IMG/VR virus record: IMGVR_UViG_2061766007_000848
DNA: 64,000 nucleotides
Source: an uncultured virus (IMG/VR IMGVR_UViG_2061766007_000848)
Lineage: Duplodnaviria; Heunggongvirae; Uroviricota; Caudoviricetes
Reading direction: 5' to 3' (one strand)
The translations under genes were made by a program, and so were the position numbers. Positions 54,143-63,823 of the stretch are shown here, one piece after another; within the stretch, counting starts at the first letter, position 1; every line of letters begins with the position of its first letter. The notes beneath the pieces are model-generated. The model was not told the origin of the DNA and ran no database searches. It saw only the letters and a program-made list of their open reading frames with translations.

Positions 54143-55816
54143 TTTCTTCGTTATTTAACATGTTATCAAATGCTTTTATGAATGCTTCTTTCAAGCCACC
54201 CTTTTCTTCCTCGTCTTCACCGCCCTCTTCTGAATAGTTATCAAATGGGTTGCTGCCACCCTCTTCCTCGTCTTCGGAAACGTATAAGTCAAACGGATTT
54301 CCACCGCCTCCGTCAAAACCGCCCATTCCGCCACCCATACCAGCCTGTTGCTGTTGCATGGCTTCAGCGTTTTTGTTTTGGATTAAGGTCGGGTTGCTTG
54401 GGATGTCGCCAAAGTCCAAAGGCTTCATTTCGTACTTCTCACGTGCCTCGTTGACGGTCATGAAGCAGTTAACTTTCTTGATATCCATTTCAAGTTCTTC
54501 CTGGATTGACATGCCGTTCAAGCCCATAAATACGAATTCAAAATCAGGGTTGATTTGCTCGACAATGTACTTGTTTATTTTACGCTGAAGGAATTTCAGC
54601 ATAGGGTACAAGCCCTTGTCCTTGGAGTGCTGCAAACGTTCCTTTTCGCTGCCCTCGAATAAACCACCATTGCCGCTTGACCTACTTATATCCCAACCGA
54701 TTTCCGATGGGTCAATTGAATAAANNNNNNNNNNNNNNNNNNNNNNNNNNNNNNNNNNNNNNNNNNNNNNNNNNNNNNNNNNNNNNNNNNNNNNNNNNNN
54801 NNNNNNNNNNNNNNNNNNNNNNNNCATTGCTGTTTAAACTGCTGAAGAGCTGCTTCGTTATTATTGCCTTTCACTCTTAGCAATCCTTTCGGGGCAGAAC
54901 CCTGACTGAAGAACCGCCTATTGTACTCATCGCCCCAAAGCATTGATGTTACAACGTTGATAAGTTCTTCAAGTTCTGAACAGCCGTAGCCGTTAGCGAA
55001 GATTGAAGTTGACGGGTTCCGGATACCAAAGCACAATTCCCAAGGATAGAATTCATTGACTTTTGCGTTCTGGTACACTTGAACGTATGACGGATAATAG
55101 CCATGAATTTTCTTTCCAAATTCGGCTCTATCCTGCCAAACTGCAGCACCTTCTCGTTTGAAAAATGCGTTATCATAATCCTTGTCGAAATATGAATCAG
55201 CAATCCGGAAGGTTGCGGCATCCGTAGCGATAAAACTTTCCAATTGGCCTCTTCGGTTGCGAATACACTCAAAGGTCATCTGGTCATATGTTAGTGAGTC
55301 GTCAACAATTTTACGAATAAAAGTATCAAAGTCGTCATGCCCCCAATCGTTAACATTTCCACCCTTCAATAGAAAATCCGTAATGGCGAAGGCAATCTTT
55401 TTATCCTTTGTATCCATTTTTTGTTCAACCCCGAATTTTGGCTTTTTCCGAATAACAAAGCCCGTTGAATATTTGTTTTCCTGGGGTTCTGCATAATCCG
55501 CCACCTGATTTTTTCTGGTCTTAATAATCGAATTAATGATGGGTGTTTTCGACATTCTTTTCAATGTCGTATAAGTTAACGAAAAAGCCTTATCCTTGTA
55601 ACCCAAGTTTGCGTTGAATTCCAATGGGTCTATAAAAAATGCTTTCGGGTTCTGCTCTACTGCTTTTGATTGTAATTGCTGAAACACCTGGGTCGCCTTG
55701 ACCATATCTTCAGGTGAGTCTGAGCGCAAGGCTTTTTCAAGCGTGCGGAATCTTTTCGCTTTTAATTTTGCCTCCGCAAGAGTAAGTGCGTCCAATTGTT
55801 TTGCGTATGATTGCAT
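54129..55816 (-). CDS. Portal protein (SPO1/Twort-like)
   Basis: IIKTRKNQV, DSLTYDQ, NGYG.SELE, FFSQGSAPKGLL, IDPSEIG, SKDKGLYP.L.F and TVNEAR motifs. Joined across an N-gap. Confidence 0.93.
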
Positions 55817-55837
55817 GCTGTTACTTTTTTGTTATCT

Positions 55838-55845
55838 TATAACTG
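55838..55845 (-). promoter_or_regulatory. Putative late promoter motif CAGTTATA (portal copy; others listed in findings)
   Basis: Exact copies at 8975, 29230, 38257, 49856, 55838, 56567, 59167 and 63798, all ~20-60 nt upstream of minus-strand starts. Confidence 0.7.
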
Positions 55846-55858
55846 TTACGCTTGAAAT

Positions 55859-55898
55859 AAAAAAAGAAGGAGGATGCTTTAACAGCGCCCTCCTTACT
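55859..55898 (-). terminator. Intrinsic terminator
   Basis: aaggagg...cctcctt stem followed by a T-run on the minus strand. Confidence 0.7.
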
Positions 55899-55918
55899 CT
55901 CAAATTATATGTCCAAAA

Positions 55919-56527
55919 TTACCCTTGTTGGTCATTGTCATCAGCTGGGGCATCTGGGGTATCGTCAGCTGGCGTATTATCATCGGCTGGCGTGTTGTCG
56001 TTTTCGCCTGGAATAGTAAGCGCCAATGCAACAGTTTCATCGCCATCGCAAACAAACGCTTCAGGAGCAGTACCCGATGTCCATTCAACGCCCTCGCCTA
56101 ATTCAAACGAATAACTGTAGCCCTCTATTCCAGGAACTTTTTTAGCAACAGCCGTGGTGAACTCGATTTCCTGGCTTGTCGAAACAGCGCCCGATTTAGT
56201 GCCTTTCAACGTAGCCTTTGCCGTATCACCGCCAGTGATAGTTGCTGTAATAGTAAGTTCGTAAACAGGCGCACCCAGAGTTACAATGTTTTGACCGCCA
56301 TACAAGTAGCAATCGTATTCACCTTGCCATGACTCGCAAAATTCCCGAATTTCGGTCATCGAAACAACAGAACCCTCTTTCCATGGAAAGATTTTCTCAA
56401 ATTCAGTACCATTGACACCAACGTACTGCATGATGGTCATGATTTCAAACTTATTATCTACCATATCAACCTTAATGGTTGCTTTTTTGGTAGCGTCGTC
56501 TTTTTTAACAAAAATAAAATTCCTCAT
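55919..56527 (-). CDS. Putative virion decoration protein with a beta-sandwich C-terminus
   Basis: T/G/A-rich beta domain and a TPADDN-repeat tail; has its own late motif and terminator, suggesting high expression. Confidence 0.55.
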   Translation of the reverse strand: MRNFIFVKKDDATKKATIKVDMVDNKFEIMTIMQYVGVNGTEFEKIFPWKEGSVVSMTEIREFCESWQGEYDCYLYGGQNIVTLGAPVYELTITATITGGDTAKATLKGTKSGAVSTSQEIEFTTAVAKKVPGIEGYSYSFELGEGVEWTSGTAPEAFVCDGDETVALALTIPGENDNTPADDNTPADDTPDAPADDNDQQG

Positions 56528-56561
56528 ACGCTTCAACTTTTTAAATTAAACATTTAGGAAC

Positions 56562-56888
56562 TTATTTATAACTGTTTAGCCTGTTCTCGATTTTCAAGGC
56601 GACGTCGTTATCAAACAAAATGTACTGAATACCTAAAATATCATGAACAACAACCGCTTCACTTAAATACTCAAACAAGGTAGTATTATCATCAAAGGAA
56701 GTTATTTCGGTTCCTTCCTGATGAATTTCCTTGACTAATGAGTCGAAAGCATCAATCAGCGTAGCGTCAGACATCATATCCCTGGAAAGGCATTTCATGT
56801 CCGTTACCGATGTGTCAAGTTCACATGCTATAAGTTGAAGGTCTATTCCAAGAGGCTCCTTGAGCGTTGTAACTTTTTTTGAAATCAT
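56562..56888 (-). CDS. Hypothetical protein
   Basis: 108 aa ORF overlapping the upstream stop (ATGA). Confidence 0.6.
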   Translation of the reverse strand: MISKKVTTLKEPLGIDLQLIACELDTSVTDMKCLSRDMMSDATLIDAFDSLVKEIHQEGTEITSFDDNTTLFEYLSEAVVVHDILGIQYILFDNDVALKIENRLNSYK

Positions 56889-58014
56889 GATACAATAATT
56901 TTTTTAGTTCTTGGTTTAAATTTACTGCGCTGTTTTCCTTCCCCAATAGTCATCTTCCAATACTTTTGGAATTCGCAAAGCCACATTTCAATCTGGTGCA
57001 ATGTTATGTTGCATTTCCACGATACGTAATATTCACGCTTGGCCTTGTTCCAATATAGGTATGGAAAACTTGCGCCTTTCTCTTCGGCAATAGTTAGCAA
57101 CCATTCTTTTGCCATGTCACGTAACTTATAAATTGCCGGAAGTTGCTTTTGCGCCGTTGAAAGGTTAGGAAATATCAACCTAATTCCTACGCTTGCTCCA
57201 GGACCAACGTTTGTGAAATCGTTTTGGTCAAATTTCATAAACTTCTCACCCCGATATTTTTCAATGTAGGTGAAGTCCTGATAAAATTCGTGGGCTATAA
57301 AAGCCGCAACCCCTGGAATGGTTTCCAGCCATTTGATAATTTCTTCGGGCTTTTCGGCTTTCTGAACAACGCTAATCAACTCGTCAACGTGGTCATGTAA
57401 ATAAGGTATAATCTTCCTGGTGTAGCAATAGTCCCTTGGCATACCAGGCGTGGCCATAGAGTTGATTAAGTAAGCGGTGGTGAATGGGTTCTGTCCTGAA
57501 CTACGTACCCCCGCAATGAAACGGCTGAATTCTTCCTCGTCGTACTCTTCCCAATCCGGAATTCCATTCTTCCATTTCTTCGCGGATATAAGTTCCTCAC
57601 CCCCGAATAAACTCATTTGTACATTCTTTTTAGATGGGTCAAATTCAAAGGTTTCGGGGCAATTGAAGAAACGAAATACCATCATCTTCCAAATCAAGTT
57701 TCGCAAATCAAGCGTTTCATCCAAAATGATGTTTTTGATTTGCCACTGACTATTTCGGTCTAAATCCCGATAGACGTTTGTGAACTTTGATTCCTGGAAA
57801 ATCTTGTTATCCGTCCAAGGTCTTTCCTTCTTATCAATGAACCTACGTTTCCAAATCATTTGGCGTTCATACATCGTTTCAAAAAATAGCCGTAAGTGCG
57901 GCTGATAAACCTCCANNNNNNNNNNGATAGTAAGTTCGTAAACAGGTGCACCCAGAGTTACAATGTTTTGACCGCCATACAAGTAGCAATCGTATTCNNN
58001 NNNNNNNCAAACAT
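56885..58014 (-). CDS. 5-hmdU DNA kinase helical domain (aGPT-Pplase1-like), DNA base hypermodification
   Basis: FF..MYERQ.IW.RR......PWTD..IFQ..KFTNVYR.LDR.SQW, FRFFN..ETF, FT.AY, GPGA..G and IE.WLCEF.KY motifs. Start uncertain (ATG at 58014 before the gaps). Confidence 0.8.
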
Positions 58015-58336
58015 AATTTAATGTTTTTGTATTTACACGAATTTTGAATTCACGTTTTGCTTCCAGGTTCCCCTTGGCTAAAAGTTTTAGCAGAACCGCT
58101 TTTTTCATTTTTCTAAAAGGTCGGTTTGCCGAATTAAACAACCTCACTCTTCTAACATCCAGGTTGCAAATCTGCGGTTTGCCGCTTGTATAAAACTTTC
58201 CGCAAATGTTAGTTATGACCATAGGGCAATAATCATTTCCATGAAAGCCTATTATCTTAAAAAGCGTGTTGCCCCAAATACTATCTTCAGAGTCCCGAAT
58301 AATGTCACCTGTTTTGAAATAATTCTGTATCGGCAT
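58015..58336 (-). CDS. Hypothetical protein
   Basis: N-terminal ~107 aa of ORF 56885..58336; appears fused only through N-gaps. Confidence 0.5.
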
Positions 58337-58373
58337 ATTTTCAATGTTTTATTAAAAAACTTTGGAAAAATAT

Positions 58374-58407
58374 AGGGGGAGCGGAATTTCACAACTCGGC
58401 TCCCCCA
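58374..58407 (-). terminator. Intrinsic terminator
   Basis: gggggagc...gctccccc stem followed by TATATTTTT on the minus strand. Confidence 0.6.
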
Positions 58408-58435
58408 GCAGAATAAAGTAAACTACATGATAGAT

Positions 58436-59111
58436 TTAAAATCCTAACGCAAAAATTTGACGAGGAGTAAGCGTANNNNNNNNNNNNNNNNNNNNNNNNN
58501 NNNNNNNNNNNNNNNNNNNNNCCTTCAAAATTTCACAAGCCTTAATATCTACCATAATTTGGCAAATAGCGTAAACAATGTCGTTGTAAGCCCTACGGCA
58601 TTCTGCTTGCTCACGATTTTCAGGAATATTACCTTTCCGACTACTCAAGNNNNNNNNNNNNNNNNNNNNNNNNNNNNNNNNNNNTTTCGGGGAAGTAAGT
58701 TTCATTCCAATCGTAAATCTTGTAACCGCAATCGGTACAAATTCCATCGGTGTACCACTTATCAGGATTCCTGGTTGGGGCGCCACCGCAATCTTTTAAA
58801 GCCATATCGGCTTCAGACTGTTTAATAGCCAACTTGGAATTCAATTCCGACAAAAGAATGTCAGCCTGGGCTTTGAGTTCCTTACCTGTTTTTGATACCT
58901 TGATGTCTGAATCGCAACCCGAAATGGCTTGCATGACGTCTGATTTTTCAACATCGTTTTCTTCCGCCTTATCGAATTCCTCTTCGTATTCATCAAACGG
59001 ATTAGTTTGTTGCCCCTTGGAAACATCCTCTTCAGCATCGACATTGAAACTGTTTAAAATGCGTTCCCGCTGAGCGGCACGTGCGTTTTTGATTGCTTCT
59101 TGAATTTCCAT
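58436..59111 (-). CDS. Putative internal head protein with leader
   Basis: Leader ARAAQRERILNSFN with VSKG, FDKA and VEKS sites; preceded by CAGTTATA. Joined across N-gaps. Confidence 0.55.
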
Positions 59112-59119
59112 TTTAGTAG

Positions 59120-60094
59120 TTATTTAATTAACATTCCATAAAAACTTTCCAGTGTGTATTCATTTTTATAACTGTATTTATCCTTTTGGTTGTTTACGTC
59201 GTCAAGCATAGTTTCAAGTAAACTCTTACCATTTTCCGTTGGATAATCTACGCTGTTATACACTGAAAGATTAAGCCAGGTCATCTTCAAGTTGAACAAA
59301 ATCTTACCTAAAATTTCCTCTTCAGGAACCTTTGTAAATTCGGCAAACCGCCCCGCAATCCACTGCGCCATAGTAACAATGTCGACATTTTCGGGTGCCT
59401 GATATGGGGTGATGAATTCGATGAATTTTTCAAACGCTTTCTGACCAAAGCCCGATTTCAATTTTGGAATATTGTCCGAAGTGTCGCCCATAATAACCTT
59501 GTAAAGCAAAACCTCAAAGGGCTTTGTCGGAACAACCTGGACATCAGTTTCAAGATAGTCATTCCAGAAGATTTCCTTTTCGGGAATGCAATACAATTTT
59601 AGGTTCTTTGAGTTGTTGTTGAATAATGAAACGTTTTTGTTGATTATTTGCCGAATGTCTGAATCGCCTGTTATAATTACCAACTCCTCGTCCAGGCAAT
59701 AGCCGAAATACAATGACCAAACATAAAGTAGGTCGTCGCCTTCTGCCCCCTTAACTCGACTAACTATCAAGCCCCTTTTCCGAAGCAATTCTTCAAACAT
59801 ATCCAACACTAACAAAAAGTATTTGTAAAACGGCTCGCGAACCCTCGTCAACGCATACTTGTAGTCATCGTATAGCGTGTAGCGCCATGACGAACTATCT
59901 ATCACAAAGGCTACTCGCTTTATGTCTCTGAATTTTTTCAAAGCAAAGCACATGTCCATGATACACTTGCGTATCAAAACCTGTTGTTTTTCCTTATCCT
60001 GGAGAACCGCCTCCATCTCCTCGCCTTTGTAATAGGTCGAGAAGATAGAGAAGGTTTTATGGTATAAGAAGTTACCGTCAAATAAAATATTCAT
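59120..60094 (-). CDS. 5'-3' exonuclease (PolI N-terminal / T4 RNase H-like)
   Basis: LFDGN, SWR......YK..., AEGDD, TGDSD and GDTSDNIP motifs. Confidence 0.9.
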   Translation of the reverse strand: MNILFDGNFLYHKTFSIFSTYYKGEEMEAVLQDKEKQQVLIRKCIMDMCFALKKFRDIKRVAFVIDSSSWRYTLYDDYKYALTRVREPFYKYFLLVLDMFEELLRKRGLIVSRVKGAEGDDLLYVWSLYFGYCLDEELVIITGDSDIRQIINKNVSLFNNNSKNLKLYCIPEKEIFWNDYLETDVQVVPTKPFEVLLYKVIMGDTSDNIPKLKSGFGQKAFEKFIEFITPYQAPENVDIVTMAQWIAGRFAEFTKVPEEEILGKILFNLKMTWLNLSVYNSVDYPTENGKSLLETMLDDVNNQKDKYSYKNEYTLESFYGMLIK

Positions 60095-60112
60095 AGCCTT
60101 AAATTTTAGGTG

Positions 60113-60889
60113 TTAAGCAAGCATTTTTAGAGCATTAGCCTGGGCATGAGCACCCTCGCTAACAGGTTTATATAAATCGGTATTTTTGCCGTCAGAAAAT
60201 CCAGCGTGGCGGGCTGAATCGTAGTTCTCCTTGGTGCGTCTTCCGTTTCCAACCTTATATTTCGATTCAACATATTCCTGGATAGCTGCGTCGCTACGAA
60301 CCACCAGAGCCGTAACTTTTGCCCCGAAGTCTACATCTTCCTTCTTTTCCCTTTCGTTTTCCTCACGTAATTTAGCGTCAAGCCCATTGCAGCACCCTAC
60401 CAAATAACTGCGTTGAAATTTATCCTTTCCAATAGGTCGGAAGGCAAATTCTTCGGTTTGCTGGAATTCCTTGAAACGCTTTTTTGAAAATTCCACGAAC
60501 CGCTCCGAAAGCATTTCACGGAGCCATTTTACAGTTTCGATGTTTTCTTTTTTTCCGACAATCATCAACTCCTTATAGGTTCCGCCCACTTCAAAACTTT
60601 TGCAGAAATTCCACTTGCAAAGTACGTGGCAAAGTAGTGATTCCCACTTTCCGCCAATGCTCTTATAGGTATAGCCGTCCCAGCGTTCCTCCAGAATGGT
60701 ATCCTTTTGGTTGTCTTCCTTACCGATTTTGTCCATCGTAAGATTGTACTGAACTAAAAGTCTTTGGATTGCTGCGGCTGCGGCTAATGCTTCCCCCTCC
60801 GAATTTATCTTTTTTGCTCCTTTGTAGAGGTTTTGTAACTTGCGCAATTTTTTAATTACGCTTTCCAGATTTTGGTTTTGTGCTTCCAT
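60113..60889 (-). CDS. DUF2786-family protein
   Basis: KLRKL..L......NSEGEA.AA....QRLL..YNL N-terminus and SYL.G...G C-terminal motif. Confidence 0.75.
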   Translation of the reverse strand: MEAQNQNLESVIKKLRKLQNLYKGAKKINSEGEALAAAAAIQRLLVQYNLTMDKIGKEDNQKDTILEERWDGYTYKSIGGKWESLLCHVLCKWNFCKSFEVGGTYKELMIVGKKENIETVKWLREMLSERFVEFSKKRFKEFQQTEEFAFRPIGKDKFQRSYLVGCCNGLDAKLREENEREKKEDVDFGAKVTALVVRSDAAIQEYVESKYKVGNGRRTKENYDSARHAGFSDGKNTDLYKPVSEGAHAQANALKMLA

Positions 60890-60926
60890 GTCGATTAAAT
60901 TTTACAGTTTACATTTACAATTACGG

Positions 60927-60958
60927 CATAAATATAATACGCTTTTTAAAACGGCAAA
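60927..60958 (-). promoter_or_regulatory. Second Bacteroidota-type (early) promoter
   Basis: TTTG, 20 nt, TATTTATG (one mismatch to TAnnTTTG). Shares 14 identical nt (aaacggcaaagaaa) with the promoter region at 2933-2946. Confidence 0.6.
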
Positions 60959-60977
60959 GAAATTCGCAAAAAAATTC

Positions 60978-61169
60978 TTACAACAAATCGGCATCCCATT
61001 CTTCCTTATGATAAGCCCGCATTGCTTCGCTGTGGGCTATTTCCGCTTGCTTATCTTGTCCAGCGTCCCGCAACGTACTTTCGACATTTGACCATTCATT
61101 CCAATCAAGACGAGGGCGCTTACCGCTCTCAACTTGATTTACGTACTCTAATGCTTTTTGCAATTCCAT
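60978..61169 (-). CDS. Hypothetical protein
   Basis: 63 aa ORF in operon context. Confidence 0.55.
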   Translation of the reverse strand: MELQKALEYVNQVESGKRPRLDWNEWSNVESTLRDAGQDKQAEIAHSEAMRAYHKEEWDADLL

Positions 61170-61181
61170 GATTTTCGATTT

Positions 61182-61475
61182 TTATATGTTCAAAATTAAG
61201 TTTCCCTCTGATGCTAATTTTGCCAACTGCTTTTCTATCGGTGTTCGACAAACAAAAATAATTTTCTTGCCCTGGGCTTTTGCGGCTTTGCTCCAGGCAG
61301 AAGTTAGCGTCTTGAACCGCTTATCCGCCGAATAAAAATCATAGTCTGAAACGGCAATTTCATACCAAACATGGGTCATGGGGGAATTACCTGCTTTATA
61401 TGCAAAGGCAATCACCCCCTCGTTCATGGTTTCAACTTTCTTAATTATTCCAAAGACAAAATTTTCAATTTTCAT
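61182..61475 (-). CDS. Hypothetical protein
   Basis: 97 aa ORF overlapping the upstream gene end. Confidence 0.6.
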   Translation of the reverse strand: MKIENFVFGIIKKVETMNEGVIAFAYKAGNSPMTHVWYEIAVSDYDFYSADKRFKTLTSAWSKAAKAQGKKIIFVCRTPIEKQLAKLASEGNLILNI

Positions 61476-62019
61476 TTGTTAGCAATTTTAGATGCACCCT
61501 TTCATCAGCTGTTAACTTTGCTAACAATTGTAATGCAATTTTGATAGTCGTAGTTTCGGGGAGTTTCAAAAGCCTTTGTGAAATTTTTTCATAAAAAGCA
61601 ATGGTATCCTCTTCCGCCTTAATAGCGTTTTGAATTGCTTCCTCCTTTGTTTTGCCTATCACTACAGCGCTGTTGTTGAACTTTTGGTCAATTTTTCCGC
61701 CTATTCTACGAATAAAATCACCCAATTTGTCATAGTGTTTCATTTCGGTCATGGCTATTCCTAACATCAATTCACCGATTTCCTCAAAGGTTGCTTCCTG
61801 AGAAGTGTACATGTGAATTGCCGTAAGTTCTGAAAAGCCGTTACTGCCGTTGTAAACAGGATAAAACCATTCCGCCATTACCCCATCATCTTGTTTTGCC
61901 TTATTGAATTCTGGGTATTCAACCGTTGAATCCGAATAGCGCATAGCGTTAACCAACCCATTGGTCAAGTCGTCAAGTTGATTTTTCGTAAGCGGTTTTT
62001 TGATTGCAAAATTTTCCAT
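61465..62019 (-). CDS. Ferritin-like di-iron protein (rubrerythrin/bacterioferritin-like)
   Basis: Ligand pattern E(LTAI.MY), EMKH, E(EDTI.FY), ERVH. Confidence 0.8.
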   Translation of the reverse strand: MENFAIKKPLTKNQLDDLTNGLVNAMRYSDSTVEYPEFNKAKQDDGVMAEWFYPVYNGSNGFSELTAIHMYTSQEATFEEIGELMLGIAMTEMKHYDKLGDFIRRIGGKIDQKFNNSAVVIGKTKEEAIQNAIKAEEDTIAFYEKISQRLLKLPETTTIKIALQLLAKLTADERVHLKLLTNEN

Positions 62020-62036
62020 TTTTCTAAATTTTTATG

Positions 62037-62225
62037 TTATTTAATTTCAAACGTATCAACCCCTGGAATGGCAGCCAAACTTCCCCAGGTACCATGTAAT
62101 TGCCCCGCATCGTCTATGCGTTCAATCGTACCTACCTTGCCAACCATTTCGGCTGCCGCCTTATCATATTCTTTATCGGCGTAAACCGATATTATTTTGA
62201 TTACATCTCCAACCTTTGCTTTCAT
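62037..62225 (-). CDS. DUF4314-like small SH3-type protein
   Basis: G.VGTIERIDDAGQLHGTWGSLA.IPGVD.F motif. Confidence 0.7.
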   Translation of the reverse strand: MKAKVGDVIKIISVYADKEYDKAAAEMVGKVGTIERIDDAGQLHGTWGSLAAIPGVDTFEIK

Positions 62226-62802
62226 AACTTTATTCTTTTTAAAACTGCTTTCAACGTTTCTTCAAATTCCATCCCCTCTGTATCAATGGTTATTATTTTC
62301 ACAAATTCGGTTTTTGAACATTGTTCGGAAATGAACTTTGCTTGGCTATTTTTAGCCCTAATGCTGTCTAATTTACTATCGGTGATATCCTTTTCTGTTT
62401 TTCCTGATTCCAAAATTCTTTTCCGCAGCCGTTGGTAGTTTTCCCAAAGCCGTAAATTCAAATGAATCAAAATGAACTCGCAACCATAGTTTAAGCAAAT
62501 TTCACACAACGGAATAATCCACTGAGCCGATGTTTGACTTCCTTCTATTAACGTAATTTCATGATGTTTTACGCAATGTTCCACGTTCCGAATTGCCCCA
62601 TCCTTCTTCAACTTACCGAAAGAACTGTCCAAGCCGTCACATTGATTTCCCTTCAAGCAATTACCTATTGCCGCCACTCTTCCACCATCGACATATTCCT
62701 GGGTATCTGTTGAAATAAGTTTCGGGCTGCGGGTTGATAAGTATTCAATCAACTGATTCCGGAGGGTGCTTTTNNNNNNNNNNNNNNNNNNNNNNNNTCC
62801 AT
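62222..62802 (-). CDS. P-loop nucleotide kinase (candidate 5-hmdU kinase catalytic domain)
   Basis: In-frame KSTLRNQLIEYL right after an N-gap (Walker A partly masked); IG......DGLD, LIEG and lid-like RL.KR motifs. ATG at 62802. Confidence 0.65.
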
Positions 62803-62811
62803 ATAATTTTT

Positions 62812-63108
62812 TTATTCGACATAATCTTCACTTTCGTCATAATGAATAATTGGCGGGTTGGCGCCCATATAGGGAATAGCCCGCAACGTATTGTAATCAA
62901 TCCACTCAATAGCGTCTTCGTAGGTCATGGCGTTTTTCTCGACTAAATAATCAACCATTTTATCATAATCGTACACCACGCCATTTTCCGTAACATCGAT
63001 AACAGCTGTAACATAATCGTAGCCCCGAAAAATTTTCAAGTCCTTGTAGCCTTTCTTTTCGATGTAATCAACTAACTTATCAACTGAATCGAATTCCATA
63101 ATAATCAA
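62812..63108 (-). CDS. Conserved phage hypothetical protein
   Basis: VVYDYDKM...L.....MTYEDA.EWIDYNT..A..YMG...PII motif. Confidence 0.65.
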   Translation of the reverse strand: MIIMEFDSVDKLVDYIEKKGYKDLKIFRGYDYVTAVIDVTENGVVYDYDKMVDYLVEKNAMTYEDAIEWIDYNTLRAIPYMGANPPIIHYDESEDYVE

Positions 63109-63120
63109 ATAAACGTATAT

Positions 63121-63777
63121 TTAAACCCTGTTGTGATTAGGTTCTTTTAAACCCCTCTTAACTTCACTCAAATGCCGTCTTTGCTCTTCAGTCCAACGCT
63201 TTCCATAATTTGGATTTTTATCCCCAATGTATCTGCCCTTCATTTTTTCTGACTGTTTACGTTTTTGTTCTTCAGTCGCAGGAACCCCTTTGTTATGCGA
63301 TGGTCTTCCTAAACTTTTCTTTCTCATTTTATCCCTTGTTTCTTCTGAATGCTTTCGCCCTGTAAATGTTCCAGGGTGTGTTTTAAAATATTCTTTCATT
63401 ATTTCAGATTGACGCTTTTTATATTCAGGGTTTTGAGTTGTTTGCCTATTTTTAATAGTCATTTTTTCAATCACTTCAGGCAATTTAGCAGGATTGTATT
63501 CCGAAGTGTTTACGTCGCCGTCGGCTATATTGTAACCAATGTTTTTATCTTGGGAATGATACTTTTTTATGTAAACATATTCCCAAATACGTAACTCATG
63601 AAGCGTTTTGCAGCGCCTTAAAATCTCGCGTTTGAAATTTTCTTTACCATGCTTTTTCAAAGCAAATTCAAAAGCGGTTCCGCTACCTAAATAACCATCG
63701 TTTTCATCACCCTCATGTTTTCCAATATAAATTTTACCATTGGTTAAACATGTTGTTTTGTAAATAAAACCTATCAT
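63121..63777 (-). CDS. GIY-YIG homing endonuclease with NUMOD3 repeats (Seg-like)
   Basis: FIYKTT...NGKIYIGKH...YLGSG and GYNI motifs; HSEETR.KM, TEEQK.K.S and WTEEQR..LS repeats. Confidence 0.9.
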   Translation of the reverse strand: MIGFIYKTTCLTNGKIYIGKHEGDENDGYLGSGTAFEFALKKHGKENFKREILRRCKTLHELRIWEYVYIKKYHSQDKNIGYNIADGDVNTSEYNPAKLPEVIEKMTIKNRQTTQNPEYKKRQSEIMKEYFKTHPGTFTGRKHSEETRDKMRKKSLGRPSHNKGVPATEEQKRKQSEKMKGRYIGDKNPNYGKRWTEEQRRHLSEVKRGLKEPNHNRV

Positions 63778-63823
63778 AAAACAAAAATTTTATTTACTAT
63801 AACTGCCGGGATTGACTATTGAC

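Noticed and set aside
55930..56002. TPADDN short tandem repeat
   Set aside because: It is a low-complexity coding tail of a virion protein with no sign of a separate function.
57926..57997. 72-nt near-identical copy of ~56249-56320 (EYDCYLYGGQNIVTLGAPVYELTI) inside ORF 56885..58336
   Set aside because: It is flanked on both sides by 10-N scaffold gaps, so it is most likely a misplaced assembly fragment or strain variant. No reverse transcriptase is present to support a DGR template/variable pair.
106..63594. Plus-strand ORFs from the six-frame track
   Set aside because: They are antisense shadows of well-supported minus-strand genes and have no recognisable motifs.
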